From the NCBI GenBank assembly GCA_944372675.1, contig CALVZW010000001.1:137-64136 (forward strand): a DNA stretch of 64,000 nt, given 5' to 3'. Source of the stretch: an uncultured Clostridia bacterium (GTDB lineage Bacteria; Bacillota; Clostridia; Christensenellales; UBA1242). Numbering within the stretch: the first letter of the stretch is position 1; each line of letters begins with the position of its first letter. Of this stretch, positions 28,018-36,702 are shown one piece after another. The notes under the pieces were generated by a model. The model worked only from the letters and a program-made list of their open reading frames with translations, was not told the DNA's origin and made no database searches. A program made the translations under genes and the position numbers.

Positions 28018-29118
28018 ATGAAAATTTGCGGAATAATATGCGAACTTAATCCGGCACATAACGGACATAAGTTTTTAATTGAAGAAGTAAAACGGAAAAC
28101 TAATTGTGATTTAGTCATAGCAATTATGAGTGGAAATTTTGTTCAGCGTGGCGAACCTGCTATATTTGACTACCAAACTCGTGCACAAATGGCTATAAAT
28201 GTTGGTTTTGATGCTGTTATTTATTTGCCAACGGTTTACACTTTAAATTCGGCTGAAAATTTTGCTGGGCAGACTTTGTTTGTAGCAAGTCAATTTAATT
28301 TAGATTATTTAGCATTTGGAGTAAACTCTAATGAAGAAATTTTATATAAAATTAATGATTTAAAACAAAATGTTGATTTTAATAATTTAATTAAAAACAA
28401 TTTATCAAAAGGCTTTTCATTTTCAAATTCGTTTAGTAAAGCAGTTTATGAAAAATTGCATACAAATATAACTGCTAATGATATTTTAGCACTAGAATAT
28501 TTGTCAGTTATTGATGATAAAAAATATAATTTTACACCAATTATTATCAATAGAAATAATGAAATATCAGCAACAAAAATACGAAAGTTAATTTTGACAA
28601 AGCAATTTGACAAACTTTCTAATATGATTGATGAAAATAATTTAAATTTAATAAAAAAATCTAAAGTCAATAACTATAACAAATTTAATATGGTTATTTA
28701 TTCCAACATAATATCAAGTACGAAAGAAACCTTAGTAAATATAAAAGATATGCGTGAAGGAATTGAAAACAAAATATACAACGCAAATTCCAATACACTA
28801 TATGGTTTAAATAAGCAAGTAAAATCAAAAAGATACAATCAAAAATATTTAAATAGATTGTACTTAAATATATTATTTGGCATAACAAAAGATTCTAATG
28901 TTATGCTTCCCTATTTAAAAATTGTTGCAGTAAAAAATAAAACTGTTTTAAATAATTTAAAGTGTAAATTGCCTTTAATTACAACTTTAAAAAATAAAAA
29001 TATTTTAAATGAAAATAGCATTTATGATTACGATATCTTAAGTTCAAAAATTTATAATTCCGTTAATAAAATAAATTCCAATGCTTTCCCATATCAAAAA
29101 ATTATAATACACAATTAA
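28018..29118 (+). CDS. tmcAL: tRNA(Met) cytidine acetate ligase (YlbM/UPF0348 nucleotidyltransferase)
   Basis: The N-terminus GIICELNPAHNGHKFLI...MSGNFVQRGEPA matches the YlbM/TmcAL pattern. Confidence 0.8.
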   Translation: MKICGIICELNPAHNGHKFLIEEVKRKTNCDLVIAIMSGNFVQRGEPAIFDYQTRAQMAINVGFDAVIYLPTVYTLNSAENFAGQTLFVASQFNLDYLAFGVNSNEEILYKINDLKQNVDFNNLIKNNLSKGFSFSNSFSKAVYEKLHTNITANDILALEYLSVIDDKKYNFTPIIINRNNEISATKIRKLILTKQFDKLSNMIDENNLNLIKKSKVNNYNKFNMVIYSNIISSTKETLVNIKDMREGIENKIYNANSNTLYGLNKQVKSKRYNQKYLNRLYLNILFGITKDSNVMLPYLKIVAVKNKTVLNNLKCKLPLITTLKNKNILNENSIYDYDILSSKIYNSVNKINSNAFPYQKIIIHN

Positions 29119-29161
29119 TTGCGTATTATAAAAATATAATACACTACATTTAGTGTATTAT
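29104..29161. repeat. palindrome doublet, locus C (overlaps the last codons and stop of tmcAL)
   Basis: ATAATACAC-AATTAATT-GCGTATTAT at 29104-29129, linker AAAAAT, then ATAATACAC-TACATTTA-GTGTATTAT at 29136-29161, followed by a T-run. Confidence 0.9.
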
Positions 29162-29219
29162 ATTTTTTTTATAGATAAAATTCATTTTTATAATATAGAT
29201 AAATGCAAAGTATTAATAA

Positions 29220-29894
29220 TTAATTTTTTGCAATAACTTCCCCACTATGCGGATCAATAATCACGCCCATTGAATTGCCGTTACTTCCCACAATGGAAAC
29301 ATACCAATAATAGTCATCAAAACTACTATTTAAATCTGTTATGATTTTTATATAAACTTCGCCATTAAAATTACCTTTTGAAATAAATTCATTTACATCA
29401 TCACCAAATTCTTCCACAGCAATTTCTAAGGCACTTGCCCAAGTGATTTCAAGATTTTCAGTTTTTGGAGATATAGTGCATTTACTTTCGCCATTGTCTG
29501 TAATAACAGTTAATTCAATAACTGCATTATCACTTACAATTTTGCCAATATCAACCATTAGCGTACCGTCATATTTGTTGTATTCCAAATTGCCTTTAAA
29601 TTCTTGTTCATCAACTTTAATGTTATACTGTGCAACAATAGGCATATCGTTAGATTTGTATTTTATTGTTAACATTCCAAATTCAATTACATCTTCTTTT
29701 ATTCCATTAACTATGTAAGGATTTTCTCGTTCTCCACTCATAAAAGTTGCAGTATACTCATCATTTTCACCAGAAAAAACATTATATCTAACTTCGGCAA
29801 TATTTGCTTTTACTAAATCAACTTTATTTGCACCACAAGCAGAAAAAATAACTGTCATAAATATGAGCAATGTGCCTAATATTATTTTATTCAT
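29220..29894 (-). CDS. putative lipoprotein
   Basis: Signal peptide with the lipobox VIFSAC. There is no recognisable catalytic motif, and the C-terminus is PepSY-like (weak). Confidence 0.55.
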   Translation of the reverse strand: MNKIILGTLLIFMTVIFSACGANKVDLVKANIAEVRYNVFSGENDEYTATFMSGERENPYIVNGIKEDVIEFGMLTIKYKSNDMPIVAQYNIKVDEQEFKGNLEYNKYDGTLMVDIGKIVSDNAVIELTVITDNGESKCTISPKTENLEITWASALEIAVEEFGDDVNEFISKGNFNGEVYIKIITDLNSSFDDYYWYVSIVGSNGNSMGVIIDPHSGEVIAKN

Positions 29895-30060
29895 TTATGC
29901 CTCCACTACTCTTTATATCTATGCTTGTACATTTTATTTTATACATAAAAAATACATTTACAAATTTTATAATTTTTGTAAATGCAGTTTATTTAATCTA
30001 TCGAGTTTATGTTGATGGATTAAAATTTAAATTATTTATTGATGTAATTTTTTAATTTTT

Positions 30061-30486
30061 TTATTCACTCAACATATCTACCCTTTTTTGATGCCTTCCA
30101 CCTTCAAAATTTGTTGTTAAAAAAGCATCAATGATTTTTTTATAAGTTAAAACAGTTTTCTTATTTCGACCTGCCAAAATTAAAACATTAGCATTGTTAT
30201 GTTGTCTTGAAAGAATTGCAGTTTTTTTATTATGGCATAATGCCCCCCGTATGTGTTTGTGTCTATTAATTGCAATGCTCATTCCAATGCCTGTGCCACA
30301 AATTAATATACCTTTGCAATCGTTATTTGCCATATAATCTGCCATTTTGTTTGCATAAATTGGATAATCTACTGATTTATTTGATTCTGTACCTAAATCA
30401 ACATACTCCAATTTTTTATTAGTTAAATATTTTTTTATTTTTTCTTTTAAATCATATCCCGCGTGGTCGGATGCTAAAACAATCAT
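30061..30486 (-). CDS. rpiB: ribose-5-phosphate isomerase B
   Basis: MIVLASDHAGYDLK..., ICGTGIGMSIAINR, 141 aa. Confidence 0.9.
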   Translation of the reverse strand: MIVLASDHAGYDLKEKIKKYLTNKKLEYVDLGTESNKSVDYPIYANKMADYMANNDCKGILICGTGIGMSIAINRHKHIRGALCHNKKTAILSRQHNNANVLILAGRNKKTVLTYKKIIDAFLTTNFEGGRHQKRVDMLSE

Positions 30487-30489
30487 AAT

Positions 30490-31464
30490 TTACTCCTTGT
30501 TATTATTTAAATTCTTATTTATTATATTTTTAATATCAATATCATTATTTAGAATTTTATGTAATTGTAATTTAGATATTTTTACTTCTTTAGAATTATT
30601 GTTATTAAAATTGTATGTACCTTTATCATTCGGGTCATATTTTCTTACATAACATTCATCTAAGTCTACAATATCTCCAAAATATGCACTTTCACCAATT
30701 GAATCTCTTTTTATTACTTGGTATATGCCCTTTTCTACATTTTTAAACATAACGCTTTCTTCATAAATCAAAGAATCTTCATCGAGCAAAATTAAATCTC
30801 TGTTTACATATCTTTCTTCGTCAAAGTCTTGTTTAAACATTTCAGCATTATTAAAGTATTCTTCATTTAAGTATGTTGCTTGAACTAGCCTAAAATTATC
30901 ATTTAAACAACAATCACCTTCAAAAACCGTATATTTGTTTTTTACAAATTTCCCGTTTTCAGTAACGGCACAAGTTAAAACATTTGAAAAATTAGGATTA
31001 AAAATTGTTGCTACAGTTTCGCTGTTATGATTTGTGAAATTATAGTCTTCATACATTTCGCCTGATTTGCTTAAAATAAGATATGCAACAGGTTGGTCGT
31101 AAAGTTTTGCACTTTTTACTTTTAGTTTTGAAGGCAAAAATAGTTCTGTTTTAGTGGTTAATGTTCCTTTTAATTGAAGCATACTTGTAAGGCGTAAAAC
31201 TTTACATTCAACAAAATCAGTAATAATCAAGTCAATTAAATTTTGTAAACAATCATATTCTATTTCGTATTTTATACCATTATTTTCTTTCGTCATTATG
31301 ATTTGTTCATTAGTGCCAATTTTATCATTAACTAAATTAATAAATTTATCCAATTCTTGCTCATCAAATTCTTTTAAAAAGTTTTTTATTTGATTTCTTA
31401 CATTATTGTTTTCTAGGAATGGTAAATATATAAACTTTCCTAAATGCGTTTCAAATTTTTCCAT
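30490..31464 (-). CDS. hypothetical protein
   Basis: 324-aa ORF tightly packed between maf and rpiB. I recognise no motif in it. Confidence 0.5.
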   Translation of the reverse strand: MEKFETHLGKFIYLPFLENNNVRNQIKNFLKEFDEQELDKFINLVNDKIGTNEQIIMTKENNGIKYEIEYDCLQNLIDLIITDFVECKVLRLTSMLQLKGTLTTKTELFLPSKLKVKSAKLYDQPVAYLILSKSGEMYEDYNFTNHNSETVATIFNPNFSNVLTCAVTENGKFVKNKYTVFEGDCCLNDNFRLVQATYLNEEYFNNAEMFKQDFDEERYVNRDLILLDEDSLIYEESVMFKNVEKGIYQVIKRDSIGESAYFGDIVDLDECYVRKYDPNDKGTYNFNNNNSKEVKISKLQLHKILNNDIDIKNIINKNLNNNKE

Positions 31465-31471
31465 AATATAC

Positions 31472-32056
31472 CTATAAATTATTTATTTCTTTTAAGATTT
31501 TTTTAATTGGTATTCCTATAACATTATCTCTTGAACCTTTGATAATGTGAGTATTTTTTTCAATTTCAGGGCAAAGAGTATACCCCCCAGCATTATTAAG
31601 TCCATTGTATTTATTTAGTAAAATATCTTTTTGTTTATCACTAAACAGGTCAAAGTAAAGTTTTGTTATATCTGCAAAAGTTTTACTTTTAAAATTTTTT
31701 GTATTAATTATCGTTACACCTGTTATTAAATAGTGAGGATATGTTGTAATTACTTTCATCATTTCTTCAAATTGATTTGTATTTTTTGGTTTTTCTAATA
31801 TTTTTCCTTTGATAAAAGCGACACTATCACATCCAATCACATATCCACTTAATTCGTTTGCAACACTTTTTGCTTTTCCATTTGATAGAAACTTAGTATA
31901 ATCAATAGCCTGTTGAAGTGTATTAACTTTAAATTTGCTTTTATATGATTCTTCATCAAATTTATTATTAACTAAAATCCAATTTAAATTATTATTTTTT
32001 ACTAGTTCTTTTCTTGAAACCGATGAAGTCGCTAAATAAATAATATTTTTATTCAT
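31472..32056 (-). CDS. maf: Maf-like nucleoside triphosphate pyrophosphatase
   Basis: 194 aa with the pattern LATSSVSRKELV...DE...GCDSV...AGGY...G.PI typical of the Maf family. Confidence 0.7.
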   Translation of the reverse strand: MNKNIIYLATSSVSRKELVKNNNLNWILVNNKFDEESYKSKFKVNTLQQAIDYTKFLSNGKAKSVANELSGYVIGCDSVAFIKGKILEKPKNTNQFEEMMKVITTYPHYLITGVTIINTKNFKSKTFADITKLYFDLFSDKQKDILLNKYNGLNNAGGYTLCPEIEKNTHIIKGSRDNVIGIPIKKILKEINNL

Positions 32057-32102
32057 AATTACATTCTACCATATAAACAAAAATTAATCAATATAAATAA
32101 CG

Positions 32103-32140
32103 AATAAAAAAATAATCTAAACAATGTTTAGATTATTTTT
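32103..32140 (-). terminator. intrinsic terminator of rpmF
   Basis: Perfect 12-bp stem, AATAATCTAAAC (32111-32122) pairing with GTTTAGATTATT (32126-32137). The A-run at 32104-32110 gives a U-run on the minus strand. Confidence 0.75.
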
Positions 32141-32143
32141 AAA

Positions 32144-32344
32144 TTATTCTTCTTCTTTTTTATTTTTTTCAAAGTCAACAACTTGTTTGCCATCATAATA
32201 GCCACAAGATTTGCAAACTTGGTGAGTTGCTTTTAATTCGTGGCAATTAGGACATTCAGTTAAAGTTGGGCTAGATATTTTCCAACTTGATGCGACTCTT
32301 TTATTTCTTCTTTGTTTAGATACTTTCTGTTTAGGTACTGCCAT
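32144..32344 (-). CDS. rpmF: 50S ribosomal protein L32
   Basis: MAVPKQKVSKQRRNKR... with CxxC...CxxC, 66 aa. Confidence 0.93.
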   Translation of the reverse strand: MAVPKQKVSKQRRNKRVASSWKISSPTLTECPNCHELKATHQVCKSCGYYDGKQVVDFEKNKKEEE

Positions 32345-32356
32345 TTATTTACCCTC

Positions 32357-32860
32357 CTAGTCATAATTTATGTCAATCAAACTTGCAAACGCATTGTTAA
32401 TTTGCTTTTTACATTCGCAGGTTTGAAAGTTAAGATTTGCAAAGCATTGCGGGCATAACCCTTTGCAATCTTCCTTGCACAAAACTTGATGTGGCAAAGA
32501 AGTCAATAGATTATCAATAATCATTTTCGTAATATCAATAACATTACCTTTGTAAAAATATTGATCATAGCAGTTATTAATATCCTTATCGTTTGCGGGC
32601 AAAAATTTTTCTTCAAACTTAAAGGTATGTAATAACTTAACTTCATCTCCACAACGAAAACAATTCCCCGTCAAATACACAGAGCCTTGCCCCTTCACAA
32701 GCACAAAATCTGAGTTGTATTGATATGATATTGAAATGTTACAAGGTGATTGAGTTTTAAAACCCAGATCATCAATGACATCACTCGGAATTTGAAATTC
32801 CAAATTTTTATGAACATCAATACCGCTTCTACTTTTTGCTAGGTTGAGGTCTAATAACAT
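32357..32860 (-). CDS. yceD: YceD/DUF177 family ribosome-associated protein
   Basis: 167 aa located upstream of rpmF, with C-terminal cysteine clusters (CKEDCKGLCPQC). Confidence 0.78.
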   Translation of the reverse strand: MLLDLNLAKSRSGIDVHKNLEFQIPSDVIDDLGFKTQSPCNISISYQYNSDFVLVKGQGSVYLTGNCFRCGDEVKLLHTFKFEEKFLPANDKDINNCYDQYFYKGNVIDITKMIIDNLLTSLPHQVLCKEDCKGLCPQCFANLNFQTCECKKQINNAFASLIDINYD

Positions 32861-32886
32861 TGCTCTCTCCTAATTTTGACTTATAA

Positions 32887-32915
32887 AGTATATAAGATTT
32901 TTTAATTATTGTCAA
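32887..32915 (-). promoter_or_regulatory. yceD-rpmF promoter
   Basis: On the minus strand: TTGACA (32915-32910), a 17-bp spacer, then TATACT (32892-32887). Confidence 0.65.
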
Positions 32916-33001
32916 TTGTTTTTAAGAAAAAATTGTTTTTAGTTTGAATTTATTTTACTTAAAATGTCAATTATGCTATAATAAATCGCTAGGAGATATT
33001 T

Positions 33002-35077
33002 ATGAATAGAAATTTGCAAACTTTATTAAACCCTAAATCTATTGCTCTAATCGGCGCATCAAACAAAATAGATTCCGTTGGTTATAGATTATTAAACAAT
33101 ATCATTAACGGTGGATATGAAGGAAAAATTTATCCTATTAATCCCAAATACGATAATTGTCAAAATTTAAAATGTTATAAATCTATCAATGATTTACCAC
33201 AAATTCCCCAACTTGTCATCATAGCAATCCCTGCTAAATCTGTTTTTGAAACAATTGTACAATGTAAAGATTTTGGAGTTCAAAACTTTTATATTATTAC
33301 ATCAGGATTTGGCGAACTTAATCAAGAAGGAAAACTTATTCAACAAAAAATTTCTGATTATGCTAAAGATAATGAATTAAATATTATCGGACCTAACACA
33401 ATTGGCTTTGTAAATAACAAACTTATGTTAAATGCAAATTTTGGGCAATCAAAATGTAAAAATGGAAGCATTGCCCTACTCAGCCAATCGGGCGCATATT
33501 TAAGCGGTATTATGAATATTATTGAAAATTCACAAATTGGACTAAAATATGCAATTAGTTTTGGAAATGCTTGTGATGTAAAAGTTCACGATTTAATTGA
33601 ATGTTTTAATAACGACAAAGATATTACACAAATTTTAATGTATCTTGAATCAATACCTTGTCCTAAAGAATTTATGAAAATTTGTAAAAAATGCAATAAA
33701 AAAATTATTTGCATAAAATCTGGTCGCAGTGCCAAAGGTGCTAGTGCAGCATCATCACATACTGGTACACTTGCAAGTTCTGATGTAATTGTAGATTCCT
33801 TTTTGAAACAATGCGGAGTAATGAGAGTTGATTCAATTTCACAAATGGTGGACCTTGCAACAATTTTTGCAACTACAAATAATTTTGAAACGGCAAAAAA
33901 TGCAGTAATAATTACGAACGCAGGTGGCCCTGCTATTATGGCGGTAGATGCTTTAAGCAACAATGGAATTGATTTATATAATTTTACTGACGATGAAAAA
34001 TCATATATGAAGTCATATTTACAAAGTCAAGCATCAGTAAAAAATCCAGTTGATATGGTTGCATCTGCTTCGGTTGATGACTACAAAAAAACTCTTGAAT
34101 TTTGTATTAATAATGAAAAAATTGATGCAATTATTTGTATACATTTATACATTATGGGTACAAAATCAATTGAAATAGCAGAAATTGTTGACAAATTAAA
34201 AGAACAACATCCTGATAAATTAATTATGGGAATTTTCATAACTCATCAAAATGAATTACTAGAAATAAAAAACAAAGTAAAACATCTACCAATTTTTGAT
34301 TCTAGTGAAAACATTGCTGATGCTTTAAAATTTGCAACTAAAAAAATTGAAAAATTAAAAATACAAGAAAAAATAATTAAAAATAAAAATATAGACAAAA
34401 TTATATTACAAGCAAAAAAAGAAAATAGAGAATTATTAACTACTTACGAATCTTTGGAAGTTTTAAAGGAACTAAAATTGCCATTAGTAAAATACGCATA
34501 TGTTAAAGATATCGAAACTGCTAAAGAACAAGCCAAACAAATTGGGTATCCAGTTGTTGTAAAAATTACATCAAAAACTATCACTCATAAAAGTGATGTT
34601 GGCGGTGTAAAAGTTGGAATTCAAGACGAAAACCAATTAATAAAAGCATTTGAAGAAATTAATATTAGTTTAGCAAAAAATAACTGTTTAGATGGTCTTG
34701 ATGGTTTTATCATACAACAAATGAAATCGTCAAATCGTGAATTTGTTTACGGAATTGTTAAAGATAGTCAATTTGATTTATGTTCAATGTTTGGGCTTGG
34801 TGGCATATTTGTTGAAGCATTAAAAGATGTATGTTTTAAAGTTTTGCCAACAAGTGAAATTGATATTGAAAATCAAATTAAAAGTTTAAAATCTTCTTCA
34901 TTGCTTAACAAAATTAGAAATTTACCACCTGCTAACTTAGAAGTTTTAAAAGATATTATGTTAAAAATTAATAATTTTGCTTTAAGTTATGACATAAAAG
35001 AATTAGACCTTAACCCAATTTTAATTGAAGATAAATCTGGCGAACCTGTTTTAATTGATGCTAGAATAAAAATATAA
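33002..35077 (+). CDS. acyl/acetyl-CoA synthetase (ADP-forming), fused CoA-binding and ATP-grasp domains
   Basis: 691 aa. The N-terminus LLNPKSIALIGASNK..VGY is a CoA-binding domain. It also has succinyl-CoA-synthetase-like flavodoxin domains and a C-terminal ATP-grasp (GYPVVVKI...HKSDVGGV). Confidence 0.75.
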   Translation: MNRNLQTLLNPKSIALIGASNKIDSVGYRLLNNIINGGYEGKIYPINPKYDNCQNLKCYKSINDLPQIPQLVIIAIPAKSVFETIVQCKDFGVQNFYIITSGFGELNQEGKLIQQKISDYAKDNELNIIGPNTIGFVNNKLMLNANFGQSKCKNGSIALLSQSGAYLSGIMNIIENSQIGLKYAISFGNACDVKVHDLIECFNNDKDITQILMYLESIPCPKEFMKICKKCNKKIICIKSGRSAKGASAASSHTGTLASSDVIVDSFLKQCGVMRVDSISQMVDLATIFATTNNFETAKNAVIITNAGGPAIMAVDALSNNGIDLYNFTDDEKSYMKSYLQSQASVKNPVDMVASASVDDYKKTLEFCINNEKIDAIICIHLYIMGTKSIEIAEIVDKLKEQHPDKLIMGIFITHQNELLEIKNKVKHLPIFDSSENIADALKFATKKIEKLKIQEKIIKNKNIDKIILQAKKENRELLTTYESLEVLKELKLPLVKYAYVKDIETAKEQAKQIGYPVVVKITSKTITHKSDVGGVKVGIQDENQLIKAFEEINISLAKNNCLDGLDGFIIQQMKSSNREFVYGIVKDSQFDLCSMFGLGGIFVEALKDVCFKVLPTSEIDIENQIKSLKSSSLLNKIRNLPPANLEVLKDIMLKINNFALSYDIKELDLNPILIEDKSGEPVLIDARIKI

Positions 35078-35082
35078 TTAAA

Positions 35083-35131
35083 AAATGAACTATTTGCAAT
35101 TTTAAATTAGTTGCATTAAGTTCATTTTTTG
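35083..35131 (+). terminator. intrinsic terminator of the acyl-CoA synthetase gene
   Basis: Outer stem AATGAACT (35084-35091) pairs with AGTTCATT (35119-35126), with inner TGCAA/TTGCA pairing and a T-run. Confidence 0.55.
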
Positions 35132-35204
35132 TTAATTAATTAAATAAATAAAATACATTATTTTTTTAAATTTTAATAAACAATAAATTATAATGTTTAA
35201 AAAC

Positions 35205-35262
35205 ATAATACACAACATATTGCGTATTATATTTTTATAATACTCAATATCTAATATTCGAA
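35205..35262. repeat. palindrome doublet, locus D (second unit decayed)
   Basis: ATAATACAC-AACATATT-GCGTATTAT at 35205-35230, linker ATTTTT, then a left arm ATAATACTC at 35237-35245 with no matching right arm. It overlaps the stop of the 86-aa gene. Confidence 0.8.
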
Positions 35263-35511
35263 TCTAAAATCGCCATTTAATCTTTCGAAAAATCTTATTA
35301 AATCAAAATCTTCTTCTTCAACATCTTGTTCAAATTCATTAAACAATTCTTTTGCCCTAACTTCGTCAATGACATAAAATTTTTGAGTGTTGCCATTATC
35401 ATCTCTTGCCCTATATAAATTAAGACTATTAAAAAAGTTATATGAAAGCAAACTCATTATTGTTCCGATTAAAAATAAACCAATTATAAAACATTTTAAA
35501 ATACTATTCAT
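35251..35511 (-). CDS. small membrane-anchored hypothetical protein
   Basis: 86 aa with an N-terminal TM helix and an acidic C-terminus. Its start overlaps the stop of the upstream gene (TAATG). Confidence 0.5.
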   Translation of the reverse strand: MNSILKCFIIGLFLIGTIMSLLSYNFFNSLNLYRARDDNGNTQKFYVIDEVRAKELFNEFEQDVEEEDFDLIRFFERLNGDFRFEY

Positions 35512-35993
35512 TATTCTTCACATTGATTTTTATCTTTAGGTTTAACTTTTAAATATTCAAAGAATGTATCAATATTATTTCTTTCATATTCAATAAGTTT
35601 ATTTGCTAAATTCATAATTTCAGTGTCAGCATTTTCATAATTAGTTACGGCTTTAACTAAATCAATAATGCCCATCATTGTTCCAATCAATAGCATTTCG
35701 GCAATATGCTGAGTGCATGCTGACGCTAACATATTAAGTTTTATTGATACCCATAATTGAGTTTTTTGAATTATATTATTATCTTTTAAGTTATAGTCTT
35801 TAGAATTTGCAATCATAATACATTCTTTTTCAAAAATATTGTATTCAGTGCTTTCTTTGCTTAATTCAACAGTTATATCTTCTAACTTTATACTTGTTAA
35901 AACATTTTCCAATGATTGCGTTGCCATTTTTACATTTTTATATATTTCATTCAACAATTCTATGCTATCGTCTTTTGTACAAATTTTTTCCAT
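35511..35993 (-). CDS. hypothetical helical protein
   Basis: Start at MEKICTKDD, preceded by a GAGGAG SD. It is predicted to be all-helical with no recognised motif. Confidence 0.5.
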   Translation of the reverse strand: MEKICTKDDSIELLNEIYKNVKMATQSLENVLTSIKLEDITVELSKESTEYNIFEKECIMIANSKDYNLKDNNIIQKTQLWVSIKLNMLASACTQHIAEMLLIGTMMGIIDLVKAVTNYENADTEIMNLANKLIEYERNNIDTFFEYLKVKPKDKNQCEE

Positions 35994-36040
35994 TGTATTT
36001 CTCCTCAACAATATTATGAGTATATACTAAAAAATTATTA

Positions 36041-36072
36041 AAAAAAACTCCAATTTTTTTTTTGGAGATTTT
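36041..36072 (-). terminator. intrinsic terminator
   Basis: CTCCAA (36049-36054) pairs with TTGGAG (36062-36067). The A8 run at 36041-48 gives a U-run on the minus strand, downstream of the gene ending at 36082. Confidence 0.65.
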
Positions 36073-36081
36073 TTCCATTTT

Positions 36082-36702
36082 TTATAGCAAACTATCTATA
36101 TTTACAAGTATTTGATTTTCTAATTTAAATACTTTTAATTTTTTTATCTTATCTAATTCAAAAGTTTCAAATGAACTAAAATATTCAACTAAAGCACTTG
36201 GTTTTAAATTCCCCTTTTGTCCGCACGCCATTATACAAGTAATAATATTTTCATTTGCATTAATAGAAAAAATTTTATTACTAAAATCTACATTCATTTT
36301 TCTTGCAAAACTTTCATCAGCAAAATTTAGTTTTACTTTGTTTGAGAAAATAAATTGATACTCAGCAAAATCATATAAGTCATAAAAATTTGGTTTTTTG
36401 TCAATTATTTTTGCAAATTCAACTTGTAGCCCTGCGGGTGCATATTTGTTAAATAATTCTTTAAAATTTTCAGCATTTTGATAATCTGTAACAATATAGC
36501 AATATTCGCAAAAACTTTCAATTCCCAACGAAGTTGGTGGACTAAAGTATAGTAATTCGTGCGGATTAAAACCTTGCGAATAATTAACATCTATCCCTGC
36601 TCTTTTTATAGTTTGTACAATCACATCTCGACAATCTAAATAAGAATTGTATGCAAAAGAATCTATTTTATTAAATTTTATTAGTAACACCACATCCTCC
36701 AA
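36082..36702 (-). CDS. TIGR03936-type radical-SAM-associated protein (DUF2344)
   Basis: 206 aa with the pattern NSYLDCRDV...RAGIDVNYSQGFNPHE. It overlaps the upstream radical SAM gene by 32 nt. Confidence 0.7.
   Translation of the reverse strand: MEDVVLLIKFNKIDSFAYNSYLDCRDVIVQTIKRAGIDVNYSQGFNPHELLYFSPPTSLGIESFCEYCYIVTDYQNAENFKELFNKYAPAGLQVEFAKIIDKKPNFYDLYDFAEYQFIFSNKVKLNFADESFARKMNVDFSNKIFSINANENIITCIMACGQKGNLKPSALVEYFSSFETFELDKIKKLKVFKLENQILVNIDSLL

Noticed and set aside
28792-28808. Left-arm-like sequence CAATACACTATATGG inside tmcAL. Other ATAATACAT half-sites occur at 9461-9469 and 13575-13583.
   Set aside because: There is no matching right arm and no 32-bp partner. These are probably chance matches.
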